NCBI GenBank assembly: GCA_964496415.1
Contig: CAZBZN010000014.1
Location: 1-17,189, forward strand
Length of the DNA stretch: 17,189 nt
Direction: 5' to 3'
Source: Candidatus Micrarchaeota archaeon
GTDB lineage: Archaea > B1Sed10-29 > JAJRYS01
Positions 5,945 to 13,912 of this stretch are shown one piece after another; position 1 is the first letter of the stretch; every line of letters starts with the position of its first letter. The notes beneath the pieces are model-generated. The model made no database searches, was not told the origin of the DNA, and worked only from the letters and a program-made list of their open reading frames with translations. A program made the translations under genes and the position numbers.

Positions 5945-7846
5945 ATGAAAGAAGTTAAGACAACTGCAGAAATTCCTGTTCCTGAAAGAATAATAGACCA
6001 AGTTATTGGACAGGACAAAGCAGTTGAAATAATTAAAAAAGCTGCAAGGCAAAAGAGGAACGTTTTACTCATAGGAGAACCTGGTACAGGAAAGTCAATG
6101 CTTGCTCAAGGCATGGCTGAACTTCTTCCAGTTGAAAAACTAGAAGATATCTTGGTGTATCCAAATCCTAACGATGAGAACAACCCTAAGATTAAAACAG
6201 TTCCTGCGGGCATGGGAAGAAAGGTTATTGAAGAAGAAAAGAAAAAGTCAATGCTTTCAGGCCAGTTTCAGGAAATGAACGTAAGCGGAGTTCCTGTGTT
6301 TTTAATGTCACTTATTTTTTTCATTTCAATTGGTTTTTTAATTTACTTTAAAGTTTTTTCAGAAATCATTACAGCTGCTTTCATAATAGTAGGAGGATTA
6401 ATGCTTGGAATGCTTGTTTTTGCTTATGCTTTTTCTTCAGGGCTGAGAGGGATAAGAGGCTTTGCTAAAGCTCCTTTGCTTCCAAAGCTTTTGGTTGACA
6501 ATAGTGGGAAAAAGTCAGCTCCATTTGTTGATGCTACTGGAGCTCATGCAGGGGCGTTATTAGGAGACGTGAAGCATGACCCGTTCCAGTCAGGAGGCTT
6601 AGGAACTCCAGCTCACTTAAGAGTAGAGCCTGGAATGATTCATAAAGCTCATAGGGGAGTTTTGTTCATTGATGAGATTGCTACTCTTTCTCCAAAATCA
6701 CAGCAGGAACTGCTCACAGCAATGCAGGAGAAAAAATACCCTATAACAGGACAAAGCGAGCATTCAAGCGGGGCAATGGTTAGAACAGAACCAGTTCCAT
6801 GTGACTTTATTCTCGTGGCTTCTGGTAATGTTTTTGACTTGCAGAAGATGCATCCTGCTTTGAGGTCAAGGATAAGGGGTTATGGTTATGAAGTGTATTT
6901 GAATGAAGACATGCCTGACACTAAAGAAAACCGTGAAAAGCTTAAGAGGTTCGTTGCTCAGGAAGTAGCTAAAGATAAGAGGATACCTCATTTCACTGAA
7001 GAGGCAGTAGATGAGATAATAAAAGAAGCAAAAAGGATGGCTGGAAGGAAGAACAGACTTACTTTAAGGTTAAGAGAGTTAGGAGGTCTTGTTAGAGCTG
7101 CGGGTGACGTTGCAGTAACAAAGGGAGATAAGATAGTCACAAGAGAACATGTGCTTGAAGCAAAGAAGTATGCTTATACTCTTGAAAAACAATTAGCTGA
7201 AAAAACAATAGAAATAAAGAAGGAATATGAAGTGTTTAATGTGAAAGGGTATTCTGTTGGTAAAGTTAATGGCTTAGCAGTAATTGGTTCAAGGCAAGGC
7301 CATGGAGGATTATTACTGCCTATTGAAGCTGCTGTGACCCCTTCTCAGTCAATGAGAGGGGGGAAGATAATTGCCACTGGAAAGCTTGGTGAAATAGCTA
7401 AAGAAGCAGTGCAAAACGTGTTCGCAATAATAAAAAAGTATAAAGGAAAGGGGATCTCATCTTATGACGTTCATGTTCAATTCCTACAGACTTATGAAGG
7501 AGTGGAAGGGGATTCTGCAAGTGTTAGTGTTGCTACTGCTGTTGTTTCAGCATTAGAAGGAATTCCTATTGACCAAAGCGTGGCGATGACAGGAAGTCTT
7601 TCAGTCAAAGGAGAAGTCCTGCCAGTTGGAGGGATTAATGAAAAAATAGAAGCAGCGGTTGAAGCAGGAGTTAAGAAAGTAATAATCCCAAGTGCTAACA
7701 AGGATGATTTGATCTTGTCAAAAAAAGAGTTGAAGAAAGTTAAAATTATTCCAGCTGCTACTATCTTAGACGTGCTGAGAGTAGCTTTGAAAGAAAGTCC
7801 TGAAAAAAAGAAGCTCTTAAAATTAATAAAGAAAGTAATTTCATGA
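5945..7846 (+). CDS. lon: Archaeal-type membrane-bound Lon protease (LonB): an AAA+ ATPase with an inserted two-helix TM hairpin and a Ser-Lys protease domain
   Basis: Walker A LLIGEPGTGKSM and Walker B VLFIDEI are present. A hydrophobic insertion VPVFLMSLIFFISIGFLIYF...IIVGGLMLGMLVFAYAF follows. The protease domain has GDSASVSVATAV (Ser) and GGINEKIEAA (Lys). 633 aa. Confidence 0.9.
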   Translation: MKEVKTTAEIPVPERIIDQVIGQDKAVEIIKKAARQKRNVLLIGEPGTGKSMLAQGMAELLPVEKLEDILVYPNPNDENNPKIKTVPAGMGRKVIEEEKKKSMLSGQFQEMNVSGVPVFLMSLIFFISIGFLIYFKVFSEIITAAFIIVGGLMLGMLVFAYAFSSGLRGIRGFAKAPLLPKLLVDNSGKKSAPFVDATGAHAGALLGDVKHDPFQSGGLGTPAHLRVEPGMIHKAHRGVLFIDEIATLSPKSQQELLTAMQEKKYPITGQSEHSSGAMVRTEPVPCDFILVASGNVFDLQKMHPALRSRIRGYGYEVYLNEDMPDTKENREKLKRFVAQEVAKDKRIPHFTEEAVDEIIKEAKRMAGRKNRLTLRLRELGGLVRAAGDVAVTKGDKIVTREHVLEAKKYAYTLEKQLAEKTIEIKKEYEVFNVKGYSVGKVNGLAVIGSRQGHGGLLLPIEAAVTPSQSMRGGKIIATGKLGEIAKEAVQNVFAIIKKYKGKGISSYDVHVQFLQTYEGVEGDSASVSVATAVVSALEGIPIDQSVAMTGSLSVKGEVLPVGGINEKIEAAVEAGVKKVIIPSANKDDLILSKKELKKVKIIPAATILDVLRVALKESPEKKKLLKLIKKVIS

Positions 7847-7847
7847 A

Positions 7848-9095
7848 TTAAGTATTTTCTTGTTTTAAAGCTGATTTTTTAATATTAAGAGAAGCAAAGT
7901 CTTCTGCTACTAGTACTATTCTTTGAGCTGGCAGGCTTATTTCTTTTTGTTTTGTCTTGACTGTTACTTTATCGTCTTTTATTGTTTTTATTTTTCCTAT
8001 GAAGTTTCCTTCAGAGTCGAACACTTCAAGTTCTTTTCTTAAGAGCGGTTTCACGTACTTTTTGTAGTAAAGTTTTTTCATTAAGTTTGATCCTATTGCT
8101 GAAATGAGGAAGGCTATTATTATCCAGAACAAAAGCATGTCTAATAAGATTATTCCGAAAATGAAGTCTATTGCTTTAGCTATTACGATCAGGACTGCTA
8201 TCACGTTTACTATTGCTACTAAGTATTTTCTTATTTTGTAGTAGTCTTTCCTGTAGTGCATGTCACCTATCCTTCCGAGTAAAGTTAGGATTACTGATAA
8301 ACCAAATAATGGGATCATTCCAGCTATAAACCCTGCTGTTTGTTTCAAAAAGCTTTGATCAGCTAATTCTATTGCTTTTTCATACCCTGCCATTAATGAC
8401 AGTGAAAAAGTCAATACTGCGGCAATGTATAACGGGAAGTTAGCTCTTTCAATACTTGTGGTTTCTTTGAAGTTTCTGAAAGCATTAATTAAAGGCTCTT
8501 CTAAGCCAAAGCCTTTAAGCAAGAGGTATAAACCAATGGCTAAGAGGATTATTTTCATGCCAAGTTCTTGAAGAAAAGCAATAGTTAAGAGGATTATTCC
8601 AGGAAGCCCGAACACTATTCTTGCAAAAGCAGGCTCATGAAGCAATTGCTTTAGCACGTAATAACTTTTTTCAAGTTCTTTTGCTTGTTTTATTATTACT
8701 GTTTTCTTTGCGAGGATTCTTGTTTTTGATAAGATAAGTGGAATGACTTGGTCATCGTCAGCGCCGTCAGTTACCAAAAACACTCCTTCTGTTTCAGGGA
8801 ACTTTTTTAACACTTCTTCAAGCTGCCTTGCTATGTTTTTGTCAGCCTTATAGCCTCTTGAATAATGACCAGTGATAGTTACTACTGCAACAGCGTCTTT
8901 TTTAAGTTCTTTAAAGGTTTTTACTGCTTGAAAAATAGTGTTTCCGTCACTTTCTTCAGGGTCTGCTTCTAAAAGCTTAGTAGCTGCTTTTATGTTATCC
9001 TCTACTCCTATTATTGGGCCTTTTATTCCTGCTTTTCTTCCAAGATCATCGTCTCTGTCAACGCAAAGCACTATTAAGCCACTCATATTAATCAT
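7848..9095 (-). CDS. Archaeal polytopic membrane protein, DUF373-like (COG2237), with a cytoplasmic N-domain and an extra C-terminal soluble domain
   Basis: The N-terminus M..SGLIVLCVDRDDDLGRKAGIKGPIIG..DN...A..LLEADPEESDGNTIF matches my recollection of the DUF373 N-terminal signature. About 6-7 hydrophobic helices follow. The C-terminal ~70 aa (ELEVFDSEGNFIGKIKTIKDDKVTVKTK...) are beta-rich and soluble. I could not verify the family assignment. Confidence 0.55.
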   Translation of the reverse strand: MINMSGLIVLCVDRDDDLGRKAGIKGPIIGVEDNIKAATKLLEADPEESDGNTIFQAVKTFKELKKDAVAVVTITGHYSRGYKADKNIARQLEEVLKKFPETEGVFLVTDGADDDQVIPLILSKTRILAKKTVIIKQAKELEKSYYVLKQLLHEPAFARIVFGLPGIILLTIAFLQELGMKIILLAIGLYLLLKGFGLEEPLINAFRNFKETTSIERANFPLYIAAVLTFSLSLMAGYEKAIELADQSFLKQTAGFIAGMIPLFGLSVILTLLGRIGDMHYRKDYYKIRKYLVAIVNVIAVLIVIAKAIDFIFGIILLDMLLFWIIIAFLISAIGSNLMKKLYYKKYVKPLLRKELEVFDSEGNFIGKIKTIKDDKVTVKTKQKEISLPAQRIVLVAEDFASLNIKKSALKQENT

Positions 9096-9141
9096 TAAGT
9101 TTAATTCAGTATATTTTTATATCCTTGCTGCATATAAAAAC
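9096..9141. promoter_or_regulatory. Bidirectional promoter: two inverted TATA-like boxes (atatttttatat 9111-9122 and atataaaaa 9132-9140) forming a ~9-11 bp inverted repeat with a 9-bp spacer
   Basis: The 46-nt divergent intergenic region between the DUF373 gene (minus, ATG complement at 9093-9095) and the SPFH gene (plus, ATG 9142). Each box lies ~20-45 nt from the opposite-facing start codon. Confidence 0.4.
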
Positions 9142-10230
9142 ATGAGTGGTAGTATGGATGCTGAGCAAAAGCAAGTTGCTTTATTCTTGACTCTTATATT
9201 TTTTGTAGTCTTTTCATTGTTGATTACTTATGTTTTAGGACTTCTTAAGCCTTTAGTCTTGCTTTTGATAATCGGCGTGGTACTTGCTGTTTTTTACGCT
9301 AAAGTTCCTTCATTCGCGATAATGCTAAGAGAATACGAGCGTGCAGTGGTTTTCAGGTTTGGTAGGTATGTTGGGATAAAGGGTCCTGGATGGGTTATTT
9401 TAATTCCTTTTGTTGATTCTTACAAGATAATAGACTTAAGGGCAAAGACTGTTGACATCCCGATTCAGGAAGTAGTAACTGCTGATAACATAAAACTTAA
9501 GATAGACGCGATAATTTACATCAAAGTTAAAGATCCTGAAAAGGCAGTGCTTAATGTTAAGGATTATGAAAAAGCAGCAGTTTCAAACATTCAAGCTTCT
9601 TTAAGAGCGGTTATTGGAAAAATGAAGCTTTCTGAAGTAATTTCAAACATTGACAAGATAAACGAGCTTCTGAGAAAAGGAACTGAAGAAGTGACAAAAG
9701 ATTGGGGAGTGGAAGTTGAAAAAGTAGAAATCCAGTCAGTTACTCTTCCTGAAGGAGTTCAAAGAGCAATGCACGAGCTTAAAGAAGCAGAACAGAAGAA
9801 GCTTGCTGCTAAAGAGCTTGCTGAAGGCACTAAGATAAAACTCTCAGCACTACAGGAAGCTGCTTCAAAGTTTACTGACCCAACACTAAAGTACTTGTAC
9901 CTTCAGTCGTTGCAGAAGATAGCTGAAGGGAAATCAAGCAAGATAATATTTCCAATGGAGTTATCAAGGCTTGCTGCTGGCATTTCTGAGAAGTTCGGAG
10001 TTCCTTTTGAAAAAACCCAGGAAAGGCTGTTAGCAGAGTATTCTGAAAAGAGAGAAAAGGGAGAAAAGCCAGAGTCAATAATAGAATCTCTTAAGAAAGA
10101 GTACGGCGTAAAGCTGGAGGAGCTTGTTGAAGAAACCAAGACCAAGAAAACCAAAGCAAAAGCTAAGAAGAAAACTAAGAAAGCTTCTACGAAGAAGACG
10201 AAGCCAAAGAGTAAGAGGAAAAAGAAGTAA
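9142..10230 (+). CDS. SPFH/Band-7 (stomatin/prohibitin-like) membrane protein with a coiled-coil and a Lys-rich C-terminal tail
   Basis: An N-terminal TM region (LFLTLIFFVVFSLLITYVLGLL...LLLIIGVVLAVFY) is followed by the SPFH core REYERAVVFRFGRYVGIKGPGWVILIPFVDSYKIIDLRAKTVDIPIQEVVTADNIKLKIDAIIYIKVKDPEKAV. The tail is KTKKTKAKAKKKTKKASTKKTKPKSKRKKK. I chose the start at ATG 9142 (MSGSMDAEQ); the ORF-track start at 8938 would run across the divergent partner. Confidence 0.82.
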   Translation: MSGSMDAEQKQVALFLTLIFFVVFSLLITYVLGLLKPLVLLLIIGVVLAVFYAKVPSFAIMLREYERAVVFRFGRYVGIKGPGWVILIPFVDSYKIIDLRAKTVDIPIQEVVTADNIKLKIDAIIYIKVKDPEKAVLNVKDYEKAAVSNIQASLRAVIGKMKLSEVISNIDKINELLRKGTEEVTKDWGVEVEKVEIQSVTLPEGVQRAMHELKEAEQKKLAAKELAEGTKIKLSALQEAASKFTDPTLKYLYLQSLQKIAEGKSSKIIFPMELSRLAAGISEKFGVPFEKTQERLLAEYSEKREKGEKPESIIESLKKEYGVKLEELVEETKTKKTKAKAKKKTKKASTKKTKPKSKRKKK

Positions 10231-10233
10231 AGT

Positions 10234-11076
10234 TCACACGATTACTTCTATTACTGCGCCGATGAAGATTAGGAAGGCGCTTAAGGCAAGGTATATTGCT
10301 GAGTCTATTAGTGGTTGTTTTATTTGGAAGGAGATGAACCTGTTTTTGACTATTGCTACTGAGAGGATTCCTCCTGCTACTGCTCCGAAGAAGTATCCTG
10401 CGAATTCGAACATGCCATGAGGTAAGAGTTTTAACAAGGTCATTGGTAATGCGACTAAATAATTTATCATAGGTGAGTTTGAGATTGCTATGAAGCCGTA
10501 TTGCTGTGGGTTTTCAGCTATTTTTCCTATTAATGTTCCTATTACTGTAGCATTCCATGAGATTAGGAACACTGCTCCTGCCCCAAGCATTAATGAGAAA
10601 ATGAACGCAAGTAGTAAGATTGTTAGGTTGTTTTTGAGTATTTCAAAAAATCCAGGTTTCATTGTTACATAAGTTACTGGTGCTGTTGCTTGTGCTTTTA
10701 TTATGCCTTTTGCTTTCAGGTCTTTTGCTTGGTCTATGAATAAAGAATCTCCGTAAGGAGTCATTAGCACGTAGATAAGCGAGGATGCTAGGATTACTGA
10801 TAAAAAGAAGAAAGCATAAACTTGGATTATTTGATCATGCCTGCTGAACAAGCCTTTCTTTTTTTCTTTTTTTTCTTCAATGTCAAACATTCTTACAAAG
10901 AACGGTGCTGCAGCAATGCTTATGAATGCGACTATTAAAAATCCAGCACCTTCATGTCCGCTCATTCCCATTTGTAGTACAAGCAAGCATGCTACTATCG
11001 TGAACAAGAATCCTGCTATAAATGCTTCCCAAGGTCTTTTTTCAACGTTTTCAGGGTTTATTATTGACTCTATCAT
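10234..11076 (-). CDS. SpoIIM-like (stage II sporulation protein M superfamily, DUF95) integral membrane protein, 280 aa
   Basis: Multi-pass TM protein with the conserved LLPHGMFEFAGYFFGAVAGGIL segment (an HG..E...A....GaxAG-like motif typical of DUF95/SpoIIM). The family call is from memory. Confidence 0.55.
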   Translation of the reverse strand: MIESIINPENVEKRPWEAFIAGFLFTIVACLLVLQMGMSGHEGAGFLIVAFISIAAAPFFVRMFDIEEKKEKKKGLFSRHDQIIQVYAFFFLSVILASSLIYVLMTPYGDSLFIDQAKDLKAKGIIKAQATAPVTYVTMKPGFFEILKNNLTILLLAFIFSLMLGAGAVFLISWNATVIGTLIGKIAENPQQYGFIAISNSPMINYLVALPMTLLKLLPHGMFEFAGYFFGAVAGGILSVAIVKNRFISFQIKQPLIDSAIYLALSAFLIFIGAVIEVIV

Positions 11077-11120
11077 TGGAAAAATAAAGGGTTTTATTTA
11101 ATAAATACTTTATCAACCAC

Positions 11121-11130
11121 TTTTAAATAC
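11121..11130 (+). promoter_or_regulatory. TATA box (ttttaaatac) 24-33 nt upstream of ATG 11154
   Basis: Spacing and composition only. Confidence 0.35.
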
Positions 11131-11153
11131 AGGTTGTTTTTCAACAATTAATC

Positions 11154-11864
11154 ATGCCTGTTAAAAGTTCTAAGCCTTCTGAGAAAAGTTTGTCTGAGAT
11201 AGTTGTTCAAATGCTTTCAGAGAATGTTCCTGAGGAAGAAATAATCACTTCTTTGGTGCAGACAGGGGTCAGTGAGGATAAGGCAAGGAAGGTTCTTGAA
11301 AAGGCGAAGCAGGAGTTTGAGAAGTTTTTAGGTAAGAAGCTTGAGGTTAAGGTTTCTGAAATAATTAACAAGAAGCTTGAAGACAAGTTTGATGAAATGA
11401 GAAAAGAGTTTGGATTGAAGACTGGTTTTACTGTTTCTGATTTAAAGGAGTATTCTGATAAGAAGGATGAGGAATTGAAGCAGGAGTTAGCTGCTTTGAA
11501 GACAGAGTTAGGTGCTTTAAGAATTGAGGTTGAAGAAAAACTTAAGACCAAGCCAAAAGAAATATCAGGAAAAGTGTTGAGGAAGAATGTTCTTGGTTAT
11601 GCTTTGATAATAGCTGGTTTGCTTTTATCAGTGTTTTTACTGCATTATTTGGTTGAATTAGGTTCGGTGTTTTCTTTTAGAGTGTTTTCTTTTAAGCTTT
11701 TTTTTGATTTTGGAGTGATTGTTGTTCTTGCTTTAGTTGTTTATTTCTTGGTGGTTTCTGGTTTTAGGGTTCTTGAGTTTGTGAAGTCAGAGGAAAGTAA
11801 TAAAAATGAGAATACTGAAGAAAAAACAGTAACTGAACTGGTTAGTGAAGAGGATTTGGTATGA
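11154..11864 (+). CDS. Hypothetical membrane-anchored coiled-coil protein with an N-terminal UBA-like helical domain, 236 aa
   Basis: The N-terminus SEIVVQMLSENVPEEEIITSLVQTGVSEDKARKVLEKAKQ resembles UBA/NAC-alpha C-terminal type domains (EEdI..lv.qtGvSre.A.kaL). A K/E-rich coiled-coil, two hydrophobic helices (VLGYALIIAGLLLSVFLLHYLV and VIVVLALVVYFLVVSGF) and an acidic tail follow. Its stop overlaps the next start (ATGA). Confidence 0.5.
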   Translation: MPVKSSKPSEKSLSEIVVQMLSENVPEEEIITSLVQTGVSEDKARKVLEKAKQEFEKFLGKKLEVKVSEIINKKLEDKFDEMRKEFGLKTGFTVSDLKEYSDKKDEELKQELAALKTELGALRIEVEEKLKTKPKEISGKVLRKNVLGYALIIAGLLLSVFLLHYLVELGSVFSFRVFSFKLFFDFGVIVVLALVVYFLVVSGFRVLEFVKSEESNKNENTEEKTVTELVSEEDLV

Positions 11865-12535
11865 GTAACGAAGAAGAACTTTTGGAAAAGATAAAAGTTC
11901 TTGAAAAGAAGATAGAAGAGCATAGGAAGAAAAGGGACTTTGAAAATGAAAAAGTTAAAGAGTACAAGGCTAAGAGAAGAGAGGTTTTTGACAAGCTTGC
12001 TGAATTAAAAAAACAGGTAAAAGAGCTTGATGAAGAGTTAAAGGATTTTGATAAAAAGCTTGCTGAGTTTAAGAGGTTGAAGAAAAAGTATGATTCTCTT
12101 AGTTGGAGGTACCAAACTGAAGTTTTTTCAGTGAAAAGAGAAAAACAGATTATAAAACAATTAGAGGAATTAGAGAAAAAGCTTGCTGAGTTTGAGAAGT
12201 TAAAGGCTCATGCGTCAAAGTTTAAGAAAGCCATGAAGAAAATGAAGGAGTTAAGAGTCGAGGCTGCTTTGTATCATGAGATGGTGTTAAAGCATGCTGC
12301 TGAAAGTGAGAGGCATCATCAGGAAATGCTTAAGTTGATTAATGAGGTTGAAAAGCTTAAGAAGAAGCTTGAAGCTGTTAAGAAGAAAAAGCATAAGTCA
12401 AGGATATTGGTTGCTAAAGAAGAAAAGCTTGACAAGCTGAAAGAAAGAGCTTTAAAAGCTTACGAGAACTTTAAGAAAGGAAAAAAAGTAAGCTTAAGTG
12501 ACTTGGCTCTTATTGAAAAGTTCGGACTGAAGTGA
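11861..12535 (+). CDS. Hypothetical K/E-rich coiled-coil protein, 224 aa (archaeal COG1340-like?)
   Basis: Heptad-like LEKKIEE...LAELKKQVKELDEELKDFDKKLAEFKRLKKK periodicity runs throughout. Translationally coupled on both sides (ATGA upstream, GTGATG/TGA downstream). Confidence 0.5.
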   Translation: MSNEEELLEKIKVLEKKIEEHRKKRDFENEKVKEYKAKRREVFDKLAELKKQVKELDEELKDFDKKLAEFKRLKKKYDSLSWRYQTEVFSVKREKQIIKQLEELEKKLAEFEKLKAHASKFKKAMKKMKELRVEAALYHEMVLKHAAESERHHQEMLKLINEVEKLKKKLEAVKKKKHKSRILVAKEEKLDKLKERALKAYENFKKGKKVSLSDLALIEKFGLK

Positions 12536-12771
12536 TGCAAGTGAATGATGAGGAGATTGCTTTAAAGCTGACGGAGTTGTATGTTAAGACAATTGAAGGT
12601 AAGCAGGAGCTTTCTCTTGACAAAATAATTGATTTTTTCATTTACTCTTACAACAGGCTTAAAGATAAAGATTCAGTTACTCCTGGTGTTGAAGAAGTAA
12701 ATTATGAGTCAAATAATGAGGATTCTTCAAGTCAAGGTGATTTTTCTCCTTTTGACATGTTCAGCGAGTAA
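12532..12771 (+). CDS. Small acidic hypothetical protein, 79 aa, third gene of the coupled operon
   Basis: ORF with a GTG (12532) or ATG (12535) start abutting the upstream stop. It has an acidic C-terminal tail ...SSSQGDFSPFDMFSE. No family recognised. Confidence 0.4.
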   Translation: MMQVNDEEIALKLTELYVKTIEGKQELSLDKIIDFFIYSYNRLKDKDSVTPGVEEVNYESNNEDSSSQGDFSPFDMFSE

Positions 12772-13912
12772 GAATTTTTATCACGTCGTTGGGTTGTAGT
12801 TCATAGTCTTTTCCTACTTTTCTTTTAGTCTTTGCGTTTATTGCTCCTAAAAACTTTTCACCAATTTCTGAATGAACCTTAAAAGCAAGGTCTAAAGCAG
12901 TGCTTCCTTTTTCCATCAAAAACACGTCAGGCAGAACATTACCTTCCTTGTCAGAGTACTTGTTTTCATCTTCCACTGGATAGACTGGGAAATAACCAAG
13001 TTTTTCAAACACGAGCTTATTTATTACTTCTTGAACTCCAGTAGAACCATATTTTTCAAGTACTTCTTTTCTTATCCTTTCTAATGCTTCTTCTTGTTTT
13101 GGATTTAGTTTTTTTAAGATTTTGAAGTCATTTTCACCAGGGTAATACTCAATCAATCCTGCTTTTGCTGCTTTCCTTAACGCAAGCTCAGCTTCTGCTG
13201 AAACAGGAATTATTTCATACTTTTGCTTTAAGTTCTCATAGTTTTCCTGTGCTTCTTTTAAGTCAATCTTATTTCCTGCAAGAATTATTGGCTTGTTTTC
13301 TTTTCTTATTTTAGTAGCCAAGTCAAGCAGGTCATCATATCCTTGTTTTATTATTCTTTTAACAGCGTCTTCTGAAATTCCAAGTCCTGAAAGCTGCTCG
13401 TAGACAACCTGGTATAATTCTTTTCCTGTTTTTACTTTTCTTTCAATGTTTTTCCAGTTTTTTTCAAGAATCCCTTTAATCCAGTAGTCTATTTCTTTTT
13501 CTAAGAACAATATGTCTTTTTCAGGGTCATGGTTTTTCGTTGGTTCTCCTTTTTCATTAGTTAACCCAGATAAGTCTACTACATGAATTAACCCCTTTGC
13601 ATCCATTAAGTCACTTAAAAACTGGTTTCCTAATCCTTTTCCTAAATGTGCTTCTGGAACCAATCCAGCCACGTCAATTAAATTTATTGGGATAAATCTT
13701 TTTCCATTAAAACATTTTGAGTTCCTTGGGTTACATTTTACATTTAATTCTCTGTGGACGCATTCATAACTAGCATAAGTTACCCCTATGTTTGGTTTTA
13801 TTGTCGTGAATGGGTAAGCAGCTATTGGAACGTCAACTAAGGTTGCTGCGCTGAAGAAAGTGCTTTTTCCACTTGAAGGCTTTCCAACAACTGCTATTTT
13901 CAATTCATTCAC
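12761..13912 (-). CDS. ychF: YchF/OLA1-type Obg-family GTPase/ATPase with a C-terminal TGS domain
   Basis: G1 VGKPSSGKSTFF; AAYPFTTIKPNIGV (the YchF NYPFTTIEPNxG motif); DVAGLVPEAHLGKGLGNQFLSDL...HVVD (the GLGNxFL motif); NKID (G4); and C-terminal TGS-like GYFPVYPVE...GSTALDLAFKVHSEIGEKFLGA. The start codon is GTG at 13910-13912. Confidence 0.82.
   Translation of the reverse strand: MNELKIAVVGKPSSGKSTFFSAATLVDVPIAAYPFTTIKPNIGVTYASYECVHRELNVKCNPRNSKCFNGKRFIPINLIDVAGLVPEAHLGKGLGNQFLSDLMDAKGLIHVVDLSGLTNEKGEPTKNHDPEKDILFLEKEIDYWIKGILEKNWKNIERKVKTGKELYQVVYEQLSGLGISEDAVKRIIKQGYDDLLDLATKIRKENKPIILAGNKIDLKEAQENYENLKQKYEIIPVSAEAELALRKAAKAGLIEYYPGENDFKILKKLNPKQEEALERIRKEVLEKYGSTGVQEVINKLVFEKLGYFPVYPVEDENKYSDKEGNVLPDVFLMEKGSTALDLAFKVHSEIGEKFLGAINAKTKRKVGKDYELQPNDVIKILTR

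Noticed and set aside
7492-7701. Minus-strand 69-aa ORF inside lon
   Set aside because: Antisense to the LonB protease domain. No support.
8938-9141. Upstream extension of the SPFH ORF (track start 8938)
   Set aside because: It would overlap the N-terminal coding region of the divergent DUF373 gene and the intergenic TATA boxes. The ATG at 9142 gives a sensible TM-then-SPFH architecture.
9872-10420. ORFs 9872..10078(-), 9903..10154(-) and 10124..10420(+)
   Set aside because: The first two are antisense to the SPFH gene. The third is an out-of-frame read-through of the SPFH tail into the antisense of the SpoIIM-like gene, with a low-complexity basic translation.
10490-11101. Plus-strand ORFs 10490..10672 and 10880..11101
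   Set aside because: Antisense to the SpoIIM/DUF95-like membrane protein gene.
11207-11923. Minus-strand ORFs 11207..11551 and 11741..11923
   Set aside because: Antisense to the coupled plus-strand operon. Serine/phenylalanine-rich mirror translations.
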